Shown here: positions 9,833 to 20,124 of the stretch, piece by piece
Numbering within the stretch: position 1 is the stretch's first letter
Layout: each line of letters begins with the position of its first letter
Origin: Candidatus Bathyarchaeota archaeon
GTDB lineage: Archaea > Thermoproteota > Bathyarchaeia > Bathyarchaeales > Bathycorpusculaceae
Direction of reading: 5' to 3'
Assembly: GCA_963833575.1 (NCBI GenBank)
Contig: CAWHXY010000008.1
Span: 1 to 64,000, forward strand
Length of the DNA: 64,000 bases
Program-made: the position numbers and the translations under genes
The notes under the pieces: model-generated
What the model saw: the letters and a program-made list of their open reading frames with translations, nothing else
What the model was told of the DNA's origin: nothing
Database searches by the model: none

Positions 9833-10573
9833 TTAGCAGTATTTTTTCAACAATTCTTCTTCTTCAGGTTTTTTCTGTTTTATGTCTAACGTTTGATCGC
9901 AGTATGGACAATGCGCAATTAGTTTTGGCTGATTGGGATCGCTGTAATTTGCCATAAAGATTGGTTGGCTGAATCCTTTTTTGCAGCTAGGGCAGTTAAA
10001 CATGCCTTTGTTACCTTCAGTTGTTTGTTGGTCAGTGATTGTTTTTTCATCACTTGTTAATTTGACAGTGTTTTTCTTCGCTGAGGGCTTCTCGACTGGT
10101 TTAGGTGGCTCTTTGGGTTGTTCTTTTTCTTCGGCTTTGGGTTTTGCTGTGTTTTCCTGCATTTTTTGATAAGAGAAAGGCTGTGTGATAGGTTGCTCTG
10201 TCGGTTCTATCTTTGGTTTTAGATAGTTGTTTTCAACTTTGTGTTCTTTTTGCTCATATTTCGCCGAATGAGCAGCGACAACTGGTTCCTTACTGGATAC
10301 CTTCGTAACAGGCATGACTGGTTTTTCACTATGGATTTGAATGGTAGGTACGTATGGTTGGCTTTTTGTTTGTTGAAAGTTGGGTTTTCGAGTCTTAACA
10401 ACGCCTACTACTAGTGTTGATATGCTTAGTGCGATTGCAATAGATAGTGAGATGTAGGGAATAACAATGCTTGTTCCGTTGCCAGCTAAAACGCCAATGG
10501 AAAGGAAAAAGAAAACGAACGAAACCACTAGTGGCGCAACGAATAGCATTTTCGTTTTATTTAGTTCTCTCAA
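9833..10573 (-). CDS. Two-TM membrane protein with low-complexity linker and C-terminal zinc ribbon
   Basis: Two hydrophobic helices, K/E/P/Q-rich linker, CPSC...CPYC; TTG 10573 chosen by alignment with the neighbouring paralogue. Confidence 0.75.
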   Translation of the reverse strand: MRELNKTKMLFVAPLVVSFVFFFLSIGVLAGNGTSIVIPYISLSIAIALSISTLVVGVVKTRKPNFQQTKSQPYVPTIQIHSEKPVMPVTKVSSKEPVVAAHSAKYEQKEHKVENNYLKPKIEPTEQPITQPFSYQKMQENTAKPKAEEKEQPKEPPKPVEKPSAKKNTVKLTSDEKTITDQQTTEGNKGMFNCPSCKKGFSQPIFMANYSDPNQPKLIAHCPYCDQTLDIKQKKPEEEELLKKYC

Positions 10574-10870
10574 ATTATCCCCTGCGTAAGCTTGAAACTT
10601 TACCAAGCTGGTTTTGTTTCCATATCTTGGTGATAGCAGTTGTGGATGGTCTTTAATTAAAGATTTATGGATTAGAAACATGTATTAAAAATAAACAGAA
10701 AACTGTCCAAGTTTAAAAGCAATTTTAGAACTCTGCCTATTTCAGCTCAGACAAGAAAACAGATAGCTAAAAAGGAAACAAGTTTTCGGCTACAACCCTT
10801 TGTGTAAGCATTTTGTCCATTGAGAATGGACTTCAGGAAATTTGGCTAACGATAATGTGTAAGCGTTAGT

Positions 10871-11458
10871 CTACTTGGTTTTTCTTGCTTTAGCTTTTGC
10901 TCGTTTAGCCGCTGTTTTTTTGGTAGGTGTCGATTTGACTGTATTTCTTTTTGTTCGGGCCTTCTCGGGTGGCTTGATGGTTTTTTGGTCCTCTGTTTTT
11001 GTCTCAATTGTAGGTTGTGCTATGCTATTTTCCTGTATTTTTTGAATGTCTGCTGGAGGAGTGATTAGCTGATCGATCGGTTCAATCTTTGTTTCTCCAT
11101 AGTTGTTTGCAACTTTCTGGGCTGTCTCTTCGTTCTTAGCTGGGCTATCGTCTATCTGCTCGTTTTTAGGCGAACTGACAACGGCAACTGGTTTTTCAAC
11201 AGGCTTCTGGAGGTAAGGTACCTGAAGGGTAGGTGTGACTGGTTGGCTCTGGGGTTGTTGAAAAACAGGTTTTTGGGTTCTGACAACTCCTACTATTAGT
11301 GTTGCTAAGCTTAGTGCGATTGCGATTGAGAGTGAGATGTAGGGAACTACAACGTTTGTTCCATTGGCTACTAACACGCCAACGGAAAGGAAGAACAGAA
11401 CAAATGAAACTATCAATGATAAGACATAAAATATTTCGATTTTAGTTAGATCTCTCAA
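10871..11458 (-). CDS. Paralogous two-TM membrane protein with basic C-terminal tail, no zinc ribbon
   Basis: Shares VSFVxFFLSxGVL...PYISLSIAIALS with 9833..10573; GGGAG upstream of TTG 11458. Confidence 0.75.
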   Translation of the reverse strand: MRDLTKIEIFYVLSLIVSFVLFFLSVGVLVANGTNVVVPYISLSIAIALSLATLIVGVVRTQKPVFQQPQSQPVTPTLQVPYLQKPVEKPVAVVSSPKNEQIDDSPAKNEETAQKVANNYGETKIEPIDQLITPPADIQKIQENSIAQPTIETKTEDQKTIKPPEKARTKRNTVKSTPTKKTAAKRAKAKARKTK

Positions 11459-11810
11459 ATTTTCTCCCTTCACTAGCCCGATGCATTATCTGAGCTAATC
11501 TATTTTCGTACATGAGACATATGTTCATGGTTATCAATTAAAAACTTGTGGAAGAAAAAAGGCAATTGCACTTTGCAACTTTTTGTGATTGGCTGAATCT
11601 AACTGTCTACTAGGTGTGCTGTTCCGTCGGGACAAAATACTTTCTCGCCTATTGTTACTAAGACGTAGCGTTGCTTGCATTCTCTGAGTTGTTGGGAACA
11701 ACCGTCGCAGTCTCTGCTTAACATATTATCGCCTCTTGATTATTGTGTATTAAGTGTTAATACAAATCTGCAATAAAAACGTTCCTTTAGGCAATGTTTT
11801 TATAAATCTG

Positions 11811-11838
11811 GTGTTACTAATCTTTAAAAAAGTGTTAC
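11811..11838 (+). promoter_or_regulatory. Candidate NikR-type operator GTGTTA-N16-TGTTAC downstream of TATA (TTTATAAA near 11798)
   Basis: 6-16-6 geometry like NikR sites, lying between the TATA box and the start of a nickel permease. Confidence 0.45.
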
Positions 11839-11847
11839 CTGAAGGAG

Positions 11848-12942
11848 TTGACGCAATTAACAGAATCAAGAATAGGGTTACTGCCTAAAGAAAAAGTAAC
11901 CATAATTGCCTTCTATACAGTTATTACAGTCGTAATAGCCTTCGGACTCATTGCATCAACCCTGGTTGGGCGCTCATATGTTGTACTTGCAGGGTTAGGA
12001 CTTCTAGCTTTCGTACTCGGGCTACAACACGGAGTTGACGCAGACCACATCGCCGCGATCGACAACACCACCCGAAAACTCCTCCAAGAAGGCAAGCGAC
12101 CGTTAACAGTTGGAATGTGGTTCTCGCTCGGTCACTCAACTCTCGTAGTAGCACTAATAGCGGCATTCGTAGTTGCAACAAAAGAAGTTGCAGGGGCAAT
12201 GCCTCTCTTTCAATCAACAGGAGCCGTAGTTAGCTCGTTAGTTTCAGGAACTTTTCTTTTCATTATTGGATTAACCAACGTAATCATAGTTCGGGACGTT
12301 TACAGAATATTTAGCGGATTAAGACAAGGTAAACTTACCCAAGCAGAACTTGATGATGAGTTGAACAAAAAAGGATTCATGAACAAGAGATTAGGGAAAC
12401 TTTTCAAGATTGTTCAGGCTCCATGGCAGATGTATGCTGTTGGATTACTTTTTGGCTTAGGATTTGAAACCGCTTCTCAAGCAGCTTTGATAGCTTTAGG
12501 CGTTGGTCTTGGAGTCAGTTCTGATGTTCCTATTTGGATGATTCTAATCGTGCCTCTCATGTTTACAGCGGGAATGGTTTTGGTTGATACCTCAGACGGA
12601 ATATCCATGAGGTTAGCTTATGGCTGGGCTTTCTTGAAACCGATGAGAAAAATATTCTACAATCTTACTCTGACGATAATTTCAGTTTTGGTAGCTTTTC
12701 TAGTTGGCGGCATAGAATTGACTCAGGTACTCTCCGTCGAGTTAGGTTTGACCGGAGGCTTTTGGTCCTTGCTTCGAAATCTCGATTTTGAATATTTAGG
12801 ATTTGGCATCGTGGGAATATTTCTATCGTCTTGGCTGGTTGCTATGGCTTACTATAGATACAAGGGCTTTGACAAAAACACTATTCTGAAAACTGATAAT
12901 TTGACTCGCGATTCGACACTAACTCTCGACAAGAAAATTTGA
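11848..12942 (+). CDS. HoxN/HupN/NixA (NiCoT) nickel/cobalt permease
   Basis: HGVDADHIAAIDNTTRKL signature, FSLGHS, LFGLGFET, about eight TM helices. Confidence 0.93.
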   Translation: MTQLTESRIGLLPKEKVTIIAFYTVITVVIAFGLIASTLVGRSYVVLAGLGLLAFVLGLQHGVDADHIAAIDNTTRKLLQEGKRPLTVGMWFSLGHSTLVVALIAAFVVATKEVAGAMPLFQSTGAVVSSLVSGTFLFIIGLTNVIIVRDVYRIFSGLRQGKLTQAELDDELNKKGFMNKRLGKLFKIVQAPWQMYAVGLLFGLGFETASQAALIALGVGLGVSSDVPIWMILIVPLMFTAGMVLVDTSDGISMRLAYGWAFLKPMRKIFYNLTLTIISVLVAFLVGGIELTQVLSVELGLTGGFWSLLRNLDFEYLGFGIVGIFLSSWLVAMAYYRYKGFDKNTILKTDNLTRDSTLTLDKKI

Positions 12943-13125
12943 TCCACAGATACTCTGCAATAAAATTTGCAATTTCCAGAGTCTCCAACCTTGATAACTT
13001 TACAACTTTTGCATAAATGATGCTATTGTCAATTTTTTTTTCAGAAAGAGACTACCCTAAATTAATTTTCAAAAATACCCAAAATAGTTACAAAATAGAA
13101 TTAGGATAGACAAAAAATTAGAGAG

Positions 13126-13157
13126 AAAAAAAACTGAAGTTGATTTTTCAGTTTTTT
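13126..13157. terminator. Hairpin between the convergent NiCoT and collagen-like genes
   Basis: AAAAAACTGAA...TTCAGTTTTTT inverted repeat directly after the stop of the minus-strand gene. Confidence 0.55.
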
Positions 13158-13158
13158 A

Positions 13159-13980
13159 TCATTTGGTTTTGCGATAAACTATAGTTATCGTCGCGGTTAG
13201 CGCAATTAGGGCCGCCACTAGTATTGCTATGAACAGTGCGTCCATCCCGCTTGTTTGTGGAGGGCTCATATATACTATTTTTTCTAGAGTGCCTTGTGAA
13301 CCCTCTGTTCCAGCTATTCCTTGAGCGCCGGTAGCTCCGTCTTTGCCGTTGGTTCCGTTTGCTCCGTTGACTCCGTTGATTCCGTTTGTTCCATTGAGGC
13401 CGTTTGTGCCGTTTGTTCCGTCTGTGCCATTGAAGACTAATACGTTGCCTGTTGCGTTAAAGTCCTGACCGTTTAAGCCATTTACGCCGGGTAGACCGTT
13501 TAGACCGTTTAAGCCATCTGTGCCATTGTTAACGATTATGTTTCCTGTGGCGTTGAAGTCTTGACCGTTTAGACCGTTAATGCCGTTTGCGCCTGCAACG
13601 CCTTGTACTCCTTGTGGTCCTTTCATGTCAACAACTGTGAAAGTTGCTGAGGCAGTGGAACCTAATCCGTCGTTAGCTGTTATTGTGTGGGTCCCAACTG
13701 CAAGTTCGTCAGGAATGGCGATTATTGCGGTGAATGCGCCTGTGCTGTCACTTTTAACTGGGGTTGGGATTGTTGATTGAGCTGCGCCGTCGTAGGTGAT
13801 CGTTATTGTTCTGGATGCGTGGAATCCTGAACCTGTTATCATAGTCATCGCGAATCCTTGCGGAGGCGACAAAACTATGGTTGGATTAGTTGGTACTTCG
13901 CAAGCACTAACTATTGCTACCAAGGGTAGAGAGAGTAATAATACCGCGAATATTACTAATATTTTTTTCATTTTTTTCAT
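13159..13980 (-). CDS. Collagen-like (Gly-X-Y) surface protein with signal peptide, Ig-like domain and C-terminal TM anchor
   Basis: MKKMKKIL signal peptide after GGAG; GxNGxNG triplets interrupted by two DFNATGN spacers; hydrophobic tail + RKTK. Confidence 0.85.
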   Translation of the reverse strand: MKKMKKILVIFAVLLLSLPLVAIVSACEVPTNPTIVLSPPQGFAMTMITGSGFHASRTITITYDGAAQSTIPTPVKSDSTGAFTAIIAIPDELAVGTHTITANDGLGSTASATFTVVDMKGPQGVQGVAGANGINGLNGQDFNATGNIIVNNGTDGLNGLNGLPGVNGLNGQDFNATGNVLVFNGTDGTNGTNGLNGTNGINGVNGANGTNGKDGATGAQGIAGTEGSQGTLEKIVYMSPPQTSGMDALFIAILVAALIALTATITIVYRKTK

Positions 13981-14307
13981 ATCTCCATTCTTTTTGTAAT
14001 CTGTTATCTTGAATCTCAATAAAGCCAATGAATATATAAAGGACTTATTTCCAAGACTCGAATAGATCGAAAACAAGAATGTGCCATAAAACTTAATAAT
14101 TCAACAATCAAAAACTCATCTACAAAACAGTAGCTTCAAAATTTCTTATGCCACAAAAAAAACAGAAAAATAACAATAAGCTTTGACAAGCAGCATAAAG
14201 CCATTTAAAAGAAAATTTTTGGGTATCTAAATTAAATAGGCGACACATATTAGACCTATAATAACGATTTTACGTTATTTTGGAAAATATCATAGCGGAG
14301 GGTAAGA

Positions 14308-15492
14308 ATGAATATCGATCAGAAAAAGATTGCAACCATTCACGACTTTAATTTAGACTTCGATTTCATGTCCAGTCAATTGTGGAGTCTCAAAGCAAAG
14401 TTTCCCTCAGGATTAATTATACCTATTCTTGGCAACGACATTAAAAGTCCAGGATTAAACAAAATTGTGGAAGAAATTAATCAGTGTGATTATCTGAGCA
14501 AGGTTTTCATTGCTCTTTCAGCAAAAGAACCAGAAGATTATGAGAAGGCAATGAATTTAAGTCGATCTTTTAAGGTTCCATGCGAAGTAATTTGGTGCAA
14601 CAAACCAGAAGTAGTTAGCGTTTTAGAAGAGCTTAGAAGAAAAGGTCTCGACGTCACACAATTGTCGGGAAAAGGAAAAGACGTTTGGATCGCAATGGGT
14701 ATAGCGTCCCTTGATCTTTTCGCCTTTGCCGTGCATGATGCTGACATTGTCTCTTATACAAAGATGTTACCCACCCAGATGCTCTACCCTATTATTGAAC
14801 CTAAACTGGATTTCTTTTTTTCTAAAGGTTATTATGCACGAATTAATTTTGATTCCAAAAAGTTGTATGGGCGGATACACAGATTATTCATAAATCCCCT
14901 GCTAGAAGTTCTGCAGGAAAGACTACGCTACTCAAGGTTCCTTACATATTTGCAATCCTTCAGTTATCCGCTTGCGGGCGAAATGGCTCTTTACAGCGAC
15001 TTAGCTACACATCTTAGAGTGCCCAGCGATTGGGGGCTTGAACTAGGATTGCTCTCCGAAGTTTACAGGAATTCCTCTTTCGGGCGTATCTGTCAAATTG
15101 ATCTTGGATTTTACGATCATAGACACAAAAAGATTGAGGCCAATGAATTAATGAAAACGGCTGAAGATAGTTTCGTAACTTTGTTGAGGACTTTAACTGA
15201 AACCGAAAACGTAGATGTTTCTTACCCTTTCCTCACTAGCCTGCAAGTTGCTTATAGGCGATTGGCGCAGGATAAAATAAGGCAATATCACGCGGATGCT
15301 GTATGCAATAATCTAGCTTTTGATAGGCATGAAGAAGAAGCTAATGTAGATTTACTGTCTTCAGTTATTATCACAGGCGGAAGCAAATACTTGGCAAATC
15401 CTATCAGAGCTCAACTGCCAGATTGGCTAAGAACCATGGCAGCCATGTCAAATATCAGAGAAAGACTAAGAGAACAAGCCATTGAAGCCTAA
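14308..15492 (+). CDS. gpgS: Glucosyl-3-phosphoglycerate synthase (GpgS family)
   Basis: GKGKDVW, HDADI, KGYYAR, YGRIHRLF, YPLAGE and DWGLE motifs; overlaps the downstream phosphatase. Confidence 0.8.
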   Translation: MNIDQKKIATIHDFNLDFDFMSSQLWSLKAKFPSGLIIPILGNDIKSPGLNKIVEEINQCDYLSKVFIALSAKEPEDYEKAMNLSRSFKVPCEVIWCNKPEVVSVLEELRRKGLDVTQLSGKGKDVWIAMGIASLDLFAFAVHDADIVSYTKMLPTQMLYPIIEPKLDFFFSKGYYARINFDSKKLYGRIHRLFINPLLEVLQERLRYSRFLTYLQSFSYPLAGEMALYSDLATHLRVPSDWGLELGLLSEVYRNSSFGRICQIDLGFYDHRHKKIEANELMKTAEDSFVTLLRTLTETENVDVSYPFLTSLQVAYRRLAQDKIRQYHADAVCNNLAFDRHEEEANVDLLSSVIITGGSKYLANPIRAQLPDWLRTMAAMSNIRERLREQAIEA

Positions 15493-16243
15493 CCAATCAA
15501 AGATCATCGTTTTCGCAGACCTTGATGGCAGCCTCCTAAATGACAAATATGAATATGGCCAAACAGAACCAATTATTCATAAACTTCTTTCCTTAAATGT
15601 CTCCATAGTTTTTGCAAGCAGCAAAACAAGAGAAGAAATTGAGTTTTACAGAAAAAAAATGCAAATCAACGATCCATTCATAACTGAAAATGGATCCGCC
15701 ATTTTGATACCACAGAATTATTTTACGATAAAATACGAATTTACAAAACAGGAGCTTGGCTACAACACAATTGAACTCGGCACCCCTTACAAAGTTATCC
15801 GAGAAAAAATAGTTGCTGCCAAAAATCAAACAGCCGCTAATATTGTTGGGTTTGGAGACATGACTGTCGAAGAGATTGCAAAAGACAGCGGGCTGCCTAT
15901 GACTCTGGCAAGGCTTGCTAAGAAAAGGGAATACAGTGAACCATTCAAAATACTGGGTGGAAATGAGAAAGAGGCTTTGGATACAATCTGTAAGATGGGA
16001 CTTTGTTATACTCAGGGTGGCAGGTACTTGCACGCCCTCGGAAATTGCGACAAGGGAAAAGCAACATCAATTTTAAAAAACCTGTATTTACAACAGTTTA
16101 ACAGAATCTTTAGCTTTGGCGTTGGAGATAGCGCTAACGACTTGGATATGCTAAGAATTGTCGATAAACCCTTTTTTGTGGAGAAACCAGCTGCCAAAAA
16201 AACTATTTGGAAAGAAATCGAATTAATTGCCAAATCCCAATAG
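15482..16243 (+). CDS. gpgP: Glucosyl/mannosyl-3-phosphoglycerate phosphatase (HAD IIB)
   Basis: DLDGSLL, SSKT, ENGS, REYSEP, GGRY, DKG and GDSAND motifs. Confidence 0.85.
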   Translation: MKPNQSKIIVFADLDGSLLNDKYEYGQTEPIIHKLLSLNVSIVFASSKTREEIEFYRKKMQINDPFITENGSAILIPQNYFTIKYEFTKQELGYNTIELGTPYKVIREKIVAAKNQTAANIVGFGDMTVEEIAKDSGLPMTLARLAKKREYSEPFKILGGNEKEALDTICKMGLCYTQGGRYLHALGNCDKGKATSILKNLYLQQFNRIFSFGVGDSANDLDMLRIVDKPFFVEKPAAKKTIWKEIELIAKSQ

Positions 16244-16278
16244 AAAGAGGCATGGAAAAAATTAGGAGCCAAAAACTT

Positions 16279-16482
16279 TTAGTTGCATATGTCAAGGGCA
16301 GGTGTATTTTTTGGGGTTTTATGGCTTAATTTGTTATACCATCTGGAGCAATCGGACCATTTAATGCAATCCGCATGATTTAACAGTGGGTTTTTTTGAC
16401 CGCCTACATCTCTATCATTGCAGATACCATACGCGTTATGTTGTGAACAATTTTCGCATCCACGCTTAGTGATTCTATCCAT
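16279..16482 (-). CDS. Small Cys-rich hypothetical protein (67 aa)
   Basis: GGGAG upstream of MDRITKRGCENC; six Cys. Confidence 0.5.
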   Translation of the reverse strand: MDRITKRGCENCSQHNAYGICNDRDVGGQKNPLLNHADCIKWSDCSRWYNKLSHKTPKNTPALDICN

Positions 16483-16766
16483 TTTAACCAATCTCCCAAG
16501 GAATACGTAAGGGCTTCCTCTGATTTTTTGCTGGTCGAACGGAAATAAGCCTTCTGAACAAAGAATATAGACCAAAAAAATAAACTATATATTTTTGTTA
16601 GGTTTTAGGGTGGCACCATAGAAATTAGCGCTAACCGTACACTTATCCCATCGTGAAACCCTCTCCAAGCTTTAGAGGATTCAAGGCCTCTCTGTACCAC
16701 TATGTTAAAAAATATCGGCGTTTTAGCCTACTTATGTACCAGAATTAGGAAAAGGAGTTTGAAGGT

Positions 16767-16958
16767 TTGACAGGAGAATTTGAAAAACAAGTCAAAAAAC
16801 TATGCCTTGATCCTAAAGCCGAGAAAGAACTAATTGATGTGCTAAACAAAGCTACTAGTGAAGACCCATGTATGGCCTGCGAATCCAAAGGAGGCTGCGA
16901 GAATTTCAAATGGCACAAGAAATGGCTCAACAGCGACAGCTGTGACTGCTGCCCATAA
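16767..16958 (+). CDS. Small Cys-rich hypothetical protein (63 aa)
   Basis: GGAG upstream; PCMACESKGGC and CDCCP motifs. Confidence 0.65.
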   Translation: MTGEFEKQVKKLCLDPKAEKELIDVLNKATSEDPCMACESKGGCENFKWHKKWLNSDSCDCCP

Positions 16959-17185
16959 CCCCTATCTTGTTATTTTCCAAATTTTAATCGCAAACATTCT
17001 GAAGATCACTTGCTCCAAGCAAAATTTAAACTAAAACAAGACAACAGCTTGCAAAGGTTGATTACTAAAGAAGGAAATGTAGGTCATTTCTTCACTTAAC
17101 GTCATTTTCTAATGTTGGTTTTTTTGGTGCTATATGGATTTGAAATTCATAAACGATTTTAAAGACTCTTGGTTGTTTTGAAATA

Positions 17186-18034
17186 TTGCATGAAAATCGG
17201 CGACAAAGTGACTTTCTAATGAGTCAAGTTCTGTTATCCTTTGTAGTCCCAGCTTATAATGAAGAAGACTTTATCGAGGATACTCTGGGTACACTTGAAA
17301 CAGTTATAAAAGGCAAGAATTTGCCTTATGAAATTGTTGTGGTTAATGATGGAAGCCTTGATGGTACTTTGGCTAAAGTGGTTAGATATGCAAAAAATGA
17401 CGAGCATATCAAAGTGATCAGTTATGCTAATAACATCGGAAAGGGATATGCCGTAAAGACTGGGTTCGTACAAGCTAGCGGGGATATAGTTGTTTTTGCA
17501 GATAGTGACATGGAGATTGATTTAGGTACTATCTCAAAATATCTCGAGGCTTTGGAAGAAGGGGACATTGTTATTGCTTCTAAGAGGCATTCAGCTTCAC
17601 AAGTTGAAACACCTTTATCTCGTAAGATTCTCAGTCTAAGTTTTAATGCCTTAGTTCGACTTCTAACCGGCGTTCCTCTTAAGGATACTCAGTCTGGGCT
17701 TAAAGCTATGAGAAAGAGTGCGTTCGTCGATATTTTTCCCAGATTAGCGGTTAAACGATATGCTTTTGATGTTGAGCTGCTGGCCGTAGCTAACCTCTAT
17801 GGCTTGAAAGTTGTAGAGATGCCTGTAAACTTAAGGTTAGACGCTTCGTTCAAGCCAAAGGCCATATGGCACATGTTTCTTGATTTGCTTGGCATAGCAT
17901 ATAGACTTAGAGTAATTCATTGGTATCACCGCCTACTTCCAGAGAAAAACAGTTTTCAAAACATGGTTTCATTTGTTCTTCGTGAAAAGCAAGAAAAAAA
18001 TGTGTGTTCTGGATTCAAGCGGCGTCTGTTCTAA
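17186..18034 (+). CDS. GT2 glycosyltransferase, dolichyl-phosphate sugar synthase-like
   Basis: VVPAYNEE, VNDGSLDGT, GKGYAV, DSD, DTQSGLK, FDVELL; start may be ATG 17219. Confidence 0.9.
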   Translation: MHENRRQSDFLMSQVLLSFVVPAYNEEDFIEDTLGTLETVIKGKNLPYEIVVVNDGSLDGTLAKVVRYAKNDEHIKVISYANNIGKGYAVKTGFVQASGDIVVFADSDMEIDLGTISKYLEALEEGDIVIASKRHSASQVETPLSRKILSLSFNALVRLLTGVPLKDTQSGLKAMRKSAFVDIFPRLAVKRYAFDVELLAVANLYGLKVVEMPVNLRLDASFKPKAIWHMFLDLLGIAYRLRVIHWYHRLLPEKNSFQNMVSFVLREKQEKNVCSGFKRRLF

Positions 18035-18319
18035 TAAAGAAATGGTGTGTGAGGGCTTTCGCCACTAGAGGAGCGTTTAATGCGTTCCACTGTTCGTTTT
18101 GCCGAAGGATTTGAGTTCGACCCTGCATAGTTTAATACTAAACACCTTGACTAGCGCGCGTTTGATCAGACTCTCAAGGAATACCTCATGGAACTCCTCT
18201 AATATTTTTACTGATTCAGCAGAATCTCAAATTAGTAAAATGTTAACAAGCAAGAGAACGAAAGTCTTAAATCAAACTTGAGCTGCACCAATATAAAAAT
18301 GAAAGGTTAAGGAATACAT

Positions 18320-19519
18320 ATGAAAGTCAAAGTTTGGAAGATCCTAACTCTATTATTGATTGCGGTATTTGCGTTGACAACAATCAAAGCAGTATATGCA
18401 ACTGGAACACTACAACCGTCTTCAACTATCTCTGGAGTTGGCGGTGGGTACGCAGTTTATGATTCCGGCAAAGGCGAGATATTCGCGCAGCAATCCGGTG
18501 GAATAGCTGTAGTTTCGGACAGCGACAACAGTATTGTCACCACAATAAACCCTGGAGCGGAAAACGGTTATGGTCACGAATTAGTGTATGACTCCGGCAT
18601 GGGCGAGATCTTTGAATCTTCAGGCGGCCAATATGATACAGTGCCTCCAATCGTTACAATCATTTCGGACAGCAACAACTCCGTTCTTGGAAATGCAAAT
18701 TTAGAAACCTCTCTATATGGTCTCACGCTTCCTCTTGGGATGGCTTACGATTCCAGCAAAGGAGAAATCTTCATCTGCGATTCGGGATATGACGCGACTA
18801 CGGGCTATGCCTATAACGGAGGAGTCTTAGTCGTATCGGACACCAACAACACCGCTATCACAAAAATATATATTCCAGACGCTGAAGAAGCGGTTTATGA
18901 CTCGAGCAAAGGTGAAATCTTCGTGGCCTCTAGCTCCGGAAACGTCTCAGTCATATCGGACAGCACGAACGCCGTTCTCGCAACCGTTACAGTGGGGAAC
19001 TACCCCTACGGCATGGCTTACGATTCAGCTAAGGGAGAAGTGTTTGTGTTCAACGAAGACACTGGCTCTGTTTCGGTCATATCAGATAGTTCAAACTCGG
19101 TTGTGGCAACAATCACAGGGATAGCGGCACAAAGCGTTACACCAATTTCAATAGCGTACGACCCAGCCAACGGTGAGATATTCGCAAGCAACGTAACTAT
19201 ATCAGACAGCACAAACACAGTGGTCGCAGGAATTCCGGCTTACTCATACCCAGACAACCAGGGAAAAGTCGCACAAAATTTCGGAGATGTTGCTTATGAC
19301 TCAGGCAAGGGTGAAATGTTTGCGAGTGGACTTATCCTCGGGATGGGTGTGTTTTCGGATTCCTCCAGCCCGTCGACCTCCTCAACCGCATCTGCTACCT
19401 CCACTCCAAAAGTGCCAGAGTTCAGCAGCGCAGCACTCATTTCAGTAGCCGCAGCCATAGTAGCTGTAACCTTATGCACACTTGCATTGACAGAGAAGAA
19501 GAAAAGCCTCCTAAAATAA
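18320..19519 (+). CDS. Second YVTN/YncE-type beta-propeller surface protein with PEF-CTERM-like signal
   Basis: AYDSxKGEIF repeats; VPEFSSAAL + TM + KKK; paralogue of 8323..9474. Confidence 0.88.
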   Translation: MKVKVWKILTLLLIAVFALTTIKAVYATGTLQPSSTISGVGGGYAVYDSGKGEIFAQQSGGIAVVSDSDNSIVTTINPGAENGYGHELVYDSGMGEIFESSGGQYDTVPPIVTIISDSNNSVLGNANLETSLYGLTLPLGMAYDSSKGEIFICDSGYDATTGYAYNGGVLVVSDTNNTAITKIYIPDAEEAVYDSSKGEIFVASSSGNVSVISDSTNAVLATVTVGNYPYGMAYDSAKGEVFVFNEDTGSVSVISDSSNSVVATITGIAAQSVTPISIAYDPANGEIFASNVTISDSTNTVVAGIPAYSYPDNQGKVAQNFGDVAYDSGKGEMFASGLILGMGVFSDSSSPSTSSTASATSTPKVPEFSSAALISVAAAIVAVTLCTLALTEKKKSLLK

Positions 19520-20124
19520 AATAGATGAAACTGCATAATACAAAACCTGAAATCTTTCCCTTCTTTTCTTACATTAACGAATTTTGGGACAAGGCAACCC
19601 GCTCATGGAGAAAGCAAACGACAAAAAAAAGTTTGGAAAGAAATCGAATCAATTGTTCAAGTGCTATGGATGCGATCACACAGCAGAATAGACGCAACCT
19701 TTCGCACAATAACTTCACAAAACCAAATCGACAAGTCATAAAATACAAAATCTTAAATCCATAAACCGGACCAACAGGTGTTTTCAACAAAGTTGAACTA
19801 ATGGCAATTCGGAAGAATCTGCCATTGAAAAGCAATATTTGGATTTTTGGAGTGGCTAGCGCGCGGCTAAGGTGTAAGTTTTGTGCTCACTATCTGTTTG
19901 CCGAAAGATTTGAGCTCGATCTTGCATAGTTTAATACTAAATACCTTTAGACCATAGAACAAGCTTTCCACCTGTAGGCTTATTCATAATACTTCTTGAT
20001 TAAGATCTAATTCAACCAACCCGAAGTTTTACAACTGAGCAACAATTTCTTCAAAATTCCCATAGTTCTTCCGAGAAGAGTAATTAACAGGGAACGCGTC
20101 ACAAAGGGATTGGAGAAAACGTTT

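Noticed and set aside
18099-18281. ORF MPKDLSSTL..., and likewise 21756..21959 and 26726..26974
   Set aside because: They are translations through the non-coding element; the frame is not conserved across copies
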